DNA of 64,000 bases, from the NCBI RefSeq assembly GCF_964204645.1, contig NC_134035.1, positions 9,332,451-9,396,450 of the forward strand, read 5' to 3'. Of the stretch, positions 40,707 through 52,700 are shown piece by piece. A model generated the notes under the pieces. The model searched no databases. It worked only from the letters and a program-made list of their open reading frames with translations, and had not been told where the DNA came from. Positions within the stretch are counted from its first letter, which is position 1. The number at the start of each line of letters is the position of its first letter. This DNA comes from Tubulanus polymorphus (lineage: Eukaryota > Animalia > Nemertea). The position numbers were made by a program, and so were the translations under genes.

Positions 40707-43700
40707 TCAATTCGTCTTTTTACATCCGGGTTCCACTGAATGTGCAGACGATGTCGAAGGTATCGCTCCATCCGCGGGTAGATGCACGCCGCCGCCGCCA
40801 GATGGCGACGGTGTCGTCGATGACGTAGAAGTTGTCGTTGTCGTAGTCGCTGTAGTTGCTGTTGATGTATTGTTTTCACTGGATGTCGTCCGTCGTAGTT
40901 TGATCGTTGGTGGCACCTTGTGTCCGACTATTGCCCAGCAAAAATAGTAACTGAGCAGCGCGAATACAATTCGACACCCGAGCAACGATAGCTCGTCATT
41001 ATCGACAGACCACGTGACCACAAAGTTGAACATCGTCACTAAAAAGAAAATTATAGAAAATAAAATAGTTGTTCAAATGTTAAATACATCATTAAGATAT
41101 AAGAATGAATATACTACAAAAGAATTTTGTTAACTAGTTCCATTCTAACACTTGGATTGTCATATTAATTCGTAATACGTCGCTATCTTATCTATCGGTG
41201 AGAAATTCTATATTTTCATCATATTCTATATCATTATTTTCATCATATATTTTCATGTATCATCGGATTTTTCATACTTACGTACCTTAGAGATTGATGG
41301 TAAAAATATACACAGATTATCAAAAGAAACGAGTATCATGCTTATCGATATAAGATTCAAAGTGTAGTATAATAAGGTGCCGTTAAAAAAAGATTTTTAA
41401 TGGATGGAATATCAGACTGATTTCACGGAGGATCATTTCGCGTATTCACCAAGGCCATAGAGCAAAGCAGACTCTACACATATATACAAATATATGTCTA
41501 TGCTAGGCGTGGCGTGGGCCCAGTTCCACGTGTAGCCAGTTTTTAAGGTTTTGTATTAGGGTTCTTGGAGTTGGCATGCAAATATACATAAAAATTCGAA
41601 TTCCAGGGCCCGGTTTTATAGACTAGTATTAACCTTAACCCAGGGGGCTAAATTAATTAATTCATTTTCAATTGAGTTAGCCCCCGCGTCGAAGATGATT
41701 TATATCGGTTTTTAAAACCGGCCCGGGATTATCGTTCATTTCTAATTTAAGTCTAATTCGTAATGATGTGGAACTGGGCTCTGCGACGTCATCCCCAAAA
41801 GCAATATGGTGAAGCAAAGGTTATCACATAATCCATCTTGGGCCAGCAGGTATCATACGCGTAGCAGTTCAACTCGACATCTCTACATCACAAACCTCAA
41901 AAGCTTAAGTATTTTCTGCGATAATAGATATTATTTGTTCGCTTTTAAAGCAAGTGACAGGGATAAATAACGGAATCCCCAAGTAACGTATACAGTTAAA
42001 AGGTTGCTAATATTTGATATTTGGGAATTTCATTATTACTGCTTCCATTTGTAGACTACTGCAATTTGATAGTGATCGCGGAAATGGCGTAATTAGATCG
42101 CTTCCGATACAAATTGTGCGATATATGAACATGTGAGGTGGGATATTCGTTCTATCACTTCCACAGTGAGTTGGGTAGGGCCAGGCATTTTATGATTATT
42201 CGTGAAAGTGCTTCGTCGTGCGGTATCTATTCAATACAAAAAATGAAGAAAAATCACTAAAAGAAAAACTATAATCACTCGATAAAAACTAATGAAAAGC
42301 ACTCGAAAAGCAACGAAATTGCGCAGCGAAGATGAAGAAAAGAAATGAAAACTGTTTTGATTAAAGAGAGAGAGATACCTGTCCCTTCGGTCGGGCGTGT
42401 TCCTTTGTTGATAAGCTGAGGTAGAAGTGGAACCCCATAATCACACACCCGAGCGAACCCAGGAGTGTGAATATACAGGCTAGCGTGATACCATAGCGCA
42501 CAAGGGATATAGAACATGCTGAAAATATACAGAGCAATATGGATCATTTTGATAACAGGTTGGATGACCGACACTGCGTCCTTCTGTCTGTCCGTTGTGC
42601 GCGAAAAAGCCGGCCATGTTGAGACGAACAATTTTCGATCGTTTTTGTTTCGAAAATATAAAAAAAACGGTCAAGATTATACCACGAAATTTAGCGTAAC
42701 GTACAATGAGATGATGATCGAATAATATGAATTGGAAAATCTGAGATCTATCAGTTAAAAAAGTAATATTTTTTGCATTCAGATTCACGAATTTTCTTAT
42801 TTGCAAACTGTTTCTTTATTCTGTCACTAAAACTAAGAAGCTGATTTTCCAGAATAATAAGATGAACCACACGACAATACGTAAACTGAAAATTACGAAA
42901 GTTACCGATGAAAATAACGAACTCATTCATAACAGGAATTTCAAAGGAAAGTTTTGATGATTATTTTCTTCCACCCACCGCTTCATGCTTGAAATTGTAA
43001 CGTAATGATATAACCAAACATTTCGGAGGAATCAAGTTTACAAATGTTAAGAAAAAAAACTAACTCAAATGTGCTCTATACAGAATAATGAAATACACTG
43101 AACAAAAAAGTTAGGTGGTAACACACAAATCTTTGTCGATCGATGCCATCTATTTAAATCATCATATCTCAACTATTATTCAAGGTAAACTATAATGATA
43201 AGAAACAACCGAAAGAAGAGAAGCTATGAGGATTTATTAAATGATATGGCAATAACTTCACGGCTTGAATGCACAATCGGCCATCGATAAAAGTAGTACT
43301 CGATGAATAAGTTGTTGAAACCATTAGACTGAAGAAAGATGGTGGCAACCGCCCGAAGTGTTTCTAGTATTTTCATAAACTGTTTGGGCATTACCTCATT
43401 TATTGGAGGATTTTACTATTATAGTACTCGATTTTCTAATGGCGTAAGAATTGTGTTACTGAGTGGAAACTACTCGACCAATTCAATTGAAGATTTCTGT
43501 GGACGATAGTAAAAGACGTAGTTTCGATATTATAGTGTTAGTTTGTTAGATTTGTTAGTTTTGTTGTACAATCGAAGTTGTATCTTTGACCATTGTCCAC
43601 AGAAACACTATTTCTTCAGTATAAAAACAATCGTATACTCTTATCGACGAACGACTGTTCATTCAAGCGTATAGTTTTCAACATAATTAGATATAACCTC

Positions 43701-46700
43701 GTAGCTAATTCCCTTCGTCCGGGTGCTTTTTACCGGTCCCATCCATCTTAGATATTAGTCGAGATATGATGGTGTAAAAAGATGATATCGTTCGACGAAA
43801 TTTGTGTTTAACGAACTTTTTTGTTCAGTGAACATCTGACGACAGACTCATCGCTCGGTTTGATAATTTCACTCGAAAGGATCGACTCCAATCTTCAATA
43901 TAGCAAGATGAATATGTTAACATTAATCCGGCTTATGATAAACTCTTTCGAATGTCCTCTAAATTATATCTGCCACAATATTCATTATCTAGTCAATTCG
44001 TGCTTAAGTCTGTCACATCGTTAGAACAGCGTCCATGCAGTTTTTCATGTAATATTCTACATGATGAAATGTTCGTGAATATTTATTAAGCGTATTCTAT
44101 CACGAAGCATATCAGGTGCTCGAAAGTTCGAATTATAGTCAACGATGTAATTTTCTATAATGGTATTTCTGATTAATTTTTTCTCCACTAAACGATCCAC
44201 CCATCGCCATATTGCGCGCTGTTCGTATAAGATTCCATTAGGAAACGTTATTACGTTGTCGTTGTAGGTTTACAGTGTTATTTCCAAGCACGCGCAATCC
44301 AATAAACCATAAGATAAGGAGGTGATATACGGCGACATTTACGAGGAAACAAACAAGTAACGATTATGATTAGGGCCGGACAGCGCGGTGGTGGTAAAAA
44401 CGCAATATACATACAAAAAATAACAACCATATCGCAAGCGTATGACAAATAAAGCGTCGGAGGATGGACAACGTCAAAAAAACGATAACGTCTAAACGAA
44501 ACGAACCGAACCTACCTATGATTTGAATGACAAAGTAAACGATCGTGGACATGAGGGACCATCTGATGACGTCACGATCTACCGATTGACACGTGCTCCA
44601 GAACACGATTGATAAGCCTGTAAATGTTCATGAAAATGATGTTAGGAGAAATTGAATACCGGGTTTCTGACTGGTCTTTTAGTTCGAGATGCCAGTATGA
44701 CGAAGGCTACTTAGTTCAGAGTTTAAGCCTAACGCGCACGGGACTATCAACGTTTTCGATGACACGAAACGTTTTTTTTTACACAAATCAAGCAGTGCTT
44801 GTTTCGTGAAAAAACGTTTTTCAAAATCAGCCCCGGTAGGTCTATAACTGCGCGGTAACGACTTTTTGATAAAGACAATAAAAACGATTATGGAAACAAA
44901 AAGCATTATTCATTTGCGATTTCTGATGTCATCCAGAAACCGAGGATGTTGAGAAAGAGAATATGATATTTCATAAAATCCTCGATTGATCCTTACTCAG
45001 TAATGCTGCTCCGTATAGTCTGATTGGTAATTGTGCATGTTTCCCGTCATTTTCTTCGAATGATAAATCAAATAAATGCCCAGGAAATAATAGCGCCTGT
45101 AAAATATAAATAACAGCAATCTTCAAAAATCTGTTTCTATCAGGATATATCGGTTACTGCACCCAATTACTATCACCATATTATCAGGTTCATAATCTCC
45201 ATTCGAAAAAGCAAGAATTCTGGACTAGGATTAAGAAAAAAAATTCGTGATTTAGTCAATGATGGAATATGATTTGTCCTCGGAGGCCGATACGTTCGAG
45301 TCTAAAATTCCGTTTTCAGTTTGGTGGTTATCATTTGGTGAAAAACCGACGAAAAATGAAAATATACTAATAAATGCACTACGAGCTAGTAAACATGAAC
45401 AGACGGCTTTAGAATACTTCTCGCAGACTTCTTCAATTTATAAATCTATATCTCAATTCAATTAAGAAATATGCTTCTAACAATCGCCGACTATCGATTA
45501 CCTCCGAGAATCTTTTTGAAGAGAGCGTACTACACTTTTTCAAACGGTGCGCGTTGCTTTTAAATCAATTTCATCGTATGGAAAATGATAAATTAACATC
45601 GGAACAAGTTTCATTCTGTTTCGTACGCTCAGTCATTAGAGTCAGTGCCAGGGGGTAACAACCGGCAGACACAATCACCGAGATGAAATGTACATTAGAT
45701 TGAGGCTTACACGAGTAATAGGCGAGAGATACGAGCAGATTCTCTGGGAAATCATGACGATTATATTCTGATACATTATTGTAAAAGTTATTGATATAGT
45801 GAAGGTTCCCCCGGCGTTACAACCGAGTAGGGAGGATAATATCTGAAGATGAGACACATCTGGGAAGCTTTGTCAATGCTTATTGCTTTTATATTGAATG
45901 GCATTGTCGGATCTGGTGAACATGCTATCTTGGACGGTAGGGACGTAAAGTGCTTCACTATTTTTCCGAAACCCACAAAACACTTTTTCCATCCCCCATT
46001 GGGAGACAATCATTATGAAAAAAAAACTCAATCTATTTCATCATTTCATTCGAAGTAAATGGGTACCATTTCTTTAAGTTCTATTCATAATTCGCATAAT
46101 CAAATTGTAGGTTAAACTGATATTACTACAGATTTCATAGGCAAGTGGCTGTCTGATATCAATAAAGCGAAAACCCCACAATAGGATGGGAAAACTAAGA
46201 GAGAATCTAACTTTTCGACATATATCTTGACCTATTTTCGAAATCTGATTTTGAAAAGAAAATATTTCGAAAATGGCCCATAGATTTGAAACGTCAGATT
46301 CTCTCCTAGTTTTTCCTATCTTATTGCGGGGTTTTCACTTTATTTCGACGTTTAGTTTGCAGAGATCTTCAACACTTACCCATAAAGCTGTAGTAGTGAA
46401 CATTACCGATACGAGAACCTGCCATATACGCAAACCTCTCGGTAACTTCACGTACAACTGTTCGCTGTGTCCGAGAATTTGACTGAGCTGAAATATTTGA
46501 AAGATAAAACACCATTGATGAGATACTTCGTTCGTGTTGTGACGATAATATAACGAGAATCCCACAATCATGACGATAAATAATAAAGTCCAAAATGTTT
46601 CCTTGAGCTGTTAGTTTATTCGACGAACCGAAATGTCGAATAAACTACTAGCTCTAGGAATAATTTTCGGACTTTATTCTTTTTCGTCATTGATGTTGGA

Positions 46701-49700
46701 TTCCTGAACAAAGAACACATGAAACATTACATCGTCTGTTGAAGAAACCTCATTACAAAATGTGCACTAACAATTTTCGATTTTCTCGCTGTGCTACGTT
46801 ATTCCCATGAAACGATTTTACTAATATCTTGAAAACGAACGTTTATATCATCAAGGTACAGAAATTCTTGGCAGAGACGTGGATGTCGGCGAAATCCATC
46901 AGACTCGTACCCATGCGATGTTTGTGAATGTAGGAAGTTTAGCGCAAGAAGCGGTGTATATCTACGCTTCGTAACTAAGTAACGTATTCCAATCAAAAGA
47001 TGAGACCGATATTGAGTTTATGTGAATATAATATATTCACAGTGTTCATATAAAAATACCATCTGGGACTAGACGGGTTTTGAACGTTTCTAGATTATAT
47101 TATATAAGATAAAAGGTAAATTCCGCTTTTTGAAGACGGCGAAACCTTCCCGTCTCATAGACAAAAGAAAGACGCGTTGTTAGGATCGACTTTGTTATCT
47201 GTTATTGCCACCGGCCTCGGGGGTAAAGGTTTGTTTTTTGTTTTGTCGGTGGGGCGAGCATGTTGATGATAGCGACACAATCTCGCGCCGAAAGGAATGA
47301 TGAACAAGTGACTCTATATAACCACGCTCTTCGTATAGTATAGATACGATGTTATAGTCGTATGGTCTAAGGCGATGTTTCATAATCTGTGTCAGTTTTA
47401 CATGATTATTCATAATTAAAACACGCAGAGACAGCAACGTGTCAACTAAATCGTCATTTGCGTCAAAAATGTTGTTGTTACGGCGATGAATTTATGTGTG
47501 GCTGTGTGGTGACGCAAGTTGCATCGCGTGCCCGGAATTACTGGTTCACTGATGTATGCGCATGGCTGGCTGAGATCTTTGATTATTCACTAAGATCAAA
47601 TCAACCGCGCAGAAATCAGTCTCAAAATGACGTCCGGTTTCATTTAGTCAACCGAAATGACCGCACAGCGAGTCTCGTCAACACTCAAACCGTAAGGGCC
47701 GTAGAGTCTTTCTAAAACAGACTTTCTATTATTTATACATGCACGTACTATATACAGGGGGATAATCTGAATACAATTATATATTTTCCCGCTGGCAAAA
47801 GTTCTATTCGTTTTCTTTTTGTTTCACGGGTCACTTCATCGAGGAAAGGCAAACCAATTTGCCATCGCACAAAAAGTCTGCTCGCATTATCGTCCACAAA
47901 CGTGAAAGTGAAGCCATCGCATCACTTCAAAAAGCCGCGGACAAGTAAAGGTTATTTTGTGGTGGCGGTGGTCGGCGCGGATATGCTCTTACCTTTGATC
48001 TGTGCACGTCTCCATCATCAGTCTCGCCGACACCCAGTAATTTACGAGTTTTCAACCGACTGTGCAAATCACCGCTGCTGTGTTTTCTACAAAATACAAA
48101 CGCGGAGAAATCCGTTATTCGAGCAAGCGTTAAAAACAGGCCTTTGTGCGTATCATTGATGTAGTGGAGTTCACCGTGGATCGCCAAAAACTACGCCACA
48201 ACCGGCTTTCTGTCGTCTGATCCCCGAACCGACCAACAACAAACAGTCACTGTTGCGTACATTGGAGAGTATCACCTCCATCGCGATTGATAAAAACACT
48301 GTATCCGTGTTGTGACGATAATGTAGATAGAATCCCACAGTAATAACGAAAAACAGTCTGATAATGTTACTGGAGCTAGTAGTTTGTTCAACGTTTCGAC
48401 TATATCGTTGCCGCAGTATTCCTTAAGATGACTATTAGAATCATTCAAATAGTCATCTTCGGGAATACTGAAGACAACAGTATTCCTGAAGATGACTATT
48501 AGAATGATTCTAATAGTCATCTTCGGGAATACTGAAGACAACAGTATTCCTGAAGATGACTATTAGAATGATTCTAATAGTCATCTTCGAGAATACTGAA
48601 GACAACAGTATTCCTGAAGATGACTATTAGAATGATTCTAATAGTCATCTTCGGGAATACTGAAGACAACAGTATTCCTGAAGATGACTATCATAGACGT
48701 TGAATACACTACTAGCTCCTGCAGGAACATTTCCGAACTGTTTTTCGTTATCATATGTGGGATCATCTCTACATTATAGCCTCCAACCAGCCTGATTTAT
48801 ACAAGTTAGTTAGTTATTTAGTTTATTCATCGTAATTGAATGACACGATCAAGGACACATTCGGAGACCCTGGTTTAGGCCTACGGAAAAAATTCGTCGC
48901 TCGCGAATATCAATGAAAGGCGAGGACGATGATCTGTCGTCGGTTAAATCCAATTTCCTATGAATAACCAACGTGACCAGTGCCAGGGCACACGCGCCTG
49001 GCTCCATCAAACCATGGAAGGTCGAAATGCCCCCGATACGTAAACTACTTCCTCTGTTTGATCTACTTTCAGCTAGATGGAATCCTTGGTCGGACGGAAA
49101 TCCCCATTTGTGGCAGGAGATCCCTTTACATCTAGGGTAACCGGAAAATTCGCAGACGTAATGTCTGGGAGCATCGAAACTCGCGCTAGCATCGGATGAG
49201 ACTTCGCTAAAACCAGGCAGGTTTGGAAGTCTATATACGTTTCACGTCTTTTTGGTGTAGCTAACACCCACACGACCCGGGGCAACGACTGACCGCTTAT
49301 GAGAAAATAAAAGTTTTTAATTGAGTTATCCGCAGTTCTATTACGTCTAGAGTACTTGCGCGACTTCATCGAAGTTCCCAATGCAACGTAGGCATAATTC
49401 AATTATGTGAATTGAGGAGCCATATGAATGACAAGAATGATTTTACCATTTTACCGGGTGCTGTCTCGAGAGCTGACGACATATTGGCAAATAAACACAC
49501 GTGGTAACAACATAACAGAAACAGATTCCAACAGTGTTTTCGCATCCCCAACAATAAATAAATGCTATTTCCGGTGAAGTCGTTGAGCAATCGTACCGCA
49601 AATTAGGGGCGGATCCAGGGGCAAATTAAGTTTACACGCATGCAAAATAAGGATCTGGAAAATTTCAGTGCATTTTCATACAATTTCTAGGCACTTGGGG

Positions 49701-52700
49701 AGACGTTAAAGAGAATATTGAGTTAAATCTAGCGCTGCGGACTGATGTGCCCTAAAAAAATATTGCCATTGTATTTTCATAAAGGGCACGGCAAAATTGC
49801 GACGGGGGTGCGTGCTCCTTGTGCTCCCGTCAGGACCCGCCCCTGAACATTATTGTTCTAGCTGGTGTTGAGATTAATCTCTCGAAATGTTATAAATCGA
49901 AACGTTTGTCGCGTGTTTTAGTAGAAGTTCCACGTAATTTTTGTCCGTCTACATGGCGCCTTATGCAAATGATGACGTCAAGACGCGCGTACGAATATAA
50001 GCGTTTGTTGAGGTTTGTTTATGAAACGAGACAAGAAAACAATATGTATTAACGACAGCGCGACAGAACATGAAGACGACGGCAATTGATGCTACGCCTA
50101 CGCACTCCAAAATAAATTGAGAGCGTGCGCCGTCGCTGAAATAGTTTTATATCTCAACAGGAAGCCATTAATTGAAGAGAATACCTGTCTCAGGCGAGTA
50201 GAGGCGCCAAATAAACGGAACGTTATTGTACTGTCTCAGTTAAAGCCTTTGATAAGAGCTGATAATCCGATCTATTGATAGAACGGTTCCTTCATATTTT
50301 GATGGACATTTTAGCGTCATTTGGTCTATTTCCACAACTAAATAAGATTAAATGAAGGGGACACACAATTTGAATTGAATTATACGATAGAATTTCTGTC
50401 CGGGATGAAACCAAACTTTATCGAAACGAAATCACAACGTTTCGGCTGTTGACTAACAGCCATCATCAGTTGGAATGAATGTTAGTCAACAACTGAAACG
50501 TGGTTTCGTTTCAATAAATTCTATTATAACAACAGTGTACACGGATTAGAGTGTTTATTCGACTACTGAAGAAAAATGAAATAATTCTTTCCTTACTTAT
50601 GTTGAAGAAATTAATGATATCTGTTTCTATAGCTGAGGTTTTTTTATCAAGAATCGCATGATAGAAAAAACATTATTCATATTGTATACGTATAAACGTG
50701 TGGCTTATTATGATATGATATATACGGTAGGGATCCCAACGCTGGTTACAGGTAGTCACAGGACGGTTAATTATTGCGCTTATGAATTCAGCTTGCGTCG
50801 TTTGTTTGTCGAAATGGCGTGGAAGCGATTGCCGCCGGCTCAATCTTTCAGAGACTCGGCACTTCCTGGCAGAATGTTAACAGTGGATTGGCATATACGT
50901 GGACAAATACAAAATTCATTAAATCCGCTAAACTTTCTCTCTCGCATTCTGTTTAACGCTTTCGACGGAGAATGTCAGATATGTGGAGCGTGCTTTAAAC
51001 CATCGGCTGCTGGTTGGAACCTACGAGCAATCATCTCAAGATGATTGCTCGTATAGTTGGAACGAAGGCCAGGCTGACTAGGGTAGCGAGGAACAGAGGC
51101 AAGGGGCTAGCTTCCGGATACCTACCGGGTTACACAACGCCTTAGCCTGCAGGGGCCAGTCGCAAAATCAAAACCAAGACCAGTCTAAGACCGTCTTAGT
51201 TCTACGCCAATCTAACAACGACCAGTAAAGACCAGTAGACCAGTCTAAGGACCACTTCTAGACTTATTTAAAGACTGTGCAACTGTACCCTAGACTTGAA
51301 CCAGGTACGTAATATTCATTTCAAAACTTAAGATTGGGCTTCACCTCCCGAATCGCGAATTTGGAACCTTTTTACACTGAAGAGTACTTATGGTAAGGGG
51401 CAGGCGTTGTTGGCTGATTACGTTTGATTTGCAAAGGCTTCGTACGCCTCAGCTCAATGACGCGAACGATATGGCTTCTTGTGCGGTTGTTTTTATAATG
51501 GTACTAATAGGCGGGATGTGAAGGTTATTAGGAAACGCGTTCGCATACACAGCGCTATTACCGATTGCATCTCGTTAGTCGTCATTAGAAGCGACGTCAA
51601 TTAATTCTTTTTACCCGGTAGCCTTCCTTTTTGCCTCGTACGTTTATTCCAATATCGATATCAAACTGACGTTGAGATTAATGGATGCGGATTGTACAGA
51701 GGCTTGTCGACCGGGAATGCTCAGCTGTTGGGGATTCGCGCTATCATTGCATGTAAAACTCTGTTGGTAGAGTTGAAGTTTGTCGATGCATTAGTGAGAA
51801 TCCGGCTCAACAACCGACAACTCAACAGTCATCGTTTCGTTGTCTTTGACTTGATCAATTTTCATTCTTCTAATGTTTTGTCATGCTTAGAGATGTCACC
51901 GATTCCGAGAATTCTAATCTATTTTTAGACTGGATTAAGATCATTGAACGGATGTTTCTATTAGTTAGGCCAATTAAACATGTGACCAGTGTCACCCATC
52001 ACTTGGTACAATGATAAAACCAATCCTATACCCGTTTGCACAGCTAAGTGATCTCATTTCTGAAGTTTTAACTTTAGCGTCGAATTGTATTCAAGAACTT
52101 TGTAACCACAGGTCCGATGGGCTATTGGCCCTGAAACATTGGTCTCATGATAAGCACAGTCTTAATATGTTAGTGCATTTTGGATGCCTTTTATTGTGAT
52201 TGTTGACTGCAAAAGTAAAGCTGAAAAGATGAGCATGAATCGATCTAAGTAAAATACCATCATTTCGAAGATACGATTTTCTAGAGAAAAGTGCAGTTCA
52301 GATAGGCCTGTGATAAGCTTCGAATTGAATGTAATAGGTCAAAGCGGTTATCAGTTGTTGTTGCGGGTTTCTGTAATAGCCGACACCATTAGCCAGAGGG
52401 TAAGCTCTCGCCCTCTCGCCGTATACCAGGGGATATCTAGAATCGAATCGGTCGGGATGATTTCTGAGTGAAAAAAACATCCCTTCGGCCAAAATAATTC
52501 CAGCGTGTAATCGAGTGACCGTTGATCAACGCGAAATGTGATTGGATCCATATCAATCGATAGAGACGAAAATTAGAAAAGCGACGTATAATGCAAAGAA
52601 GCTTGGAAGTCGCGCCGTCATAACAAATTCTCCATTTCATAATGATAATGAGATCTCAACTTTTGTTGAGCTCAACAACAATAAACACTTAACCCGGACC

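Noticed and set aside
40439-40947. Overlapping ORFs in alternative frames or strand over the last TP53I11 exon
   Set aside because: These are shadows of the low-complexity Thr/Ser codon run.
41282-41339. Minus-strand GTAAGT donor with short [22 protein letters not shown] in phase with the last TP53I11 exon
   Set aside because: There is an in-frame stop shortly upstream and no suitable acceptor; probably chance.
42379-42631. Hydrophobic ORF ([12 protein letters not shown]...) with a phase-1 donor that could splice to the last TP53I11 exon
   Set aside because: The gene is complete without it, the donor GTATCT is weak, there is no in-frame acceptor and no recognisable homology. It cannot be supported without RNA data.
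48414-48691. CRISPR-like array of palindromic repeats
   Set aside because: The spacers are identical 7-mers, there are no cas genes, and the context is a eukaryotic intron. It is a tandem repeat.
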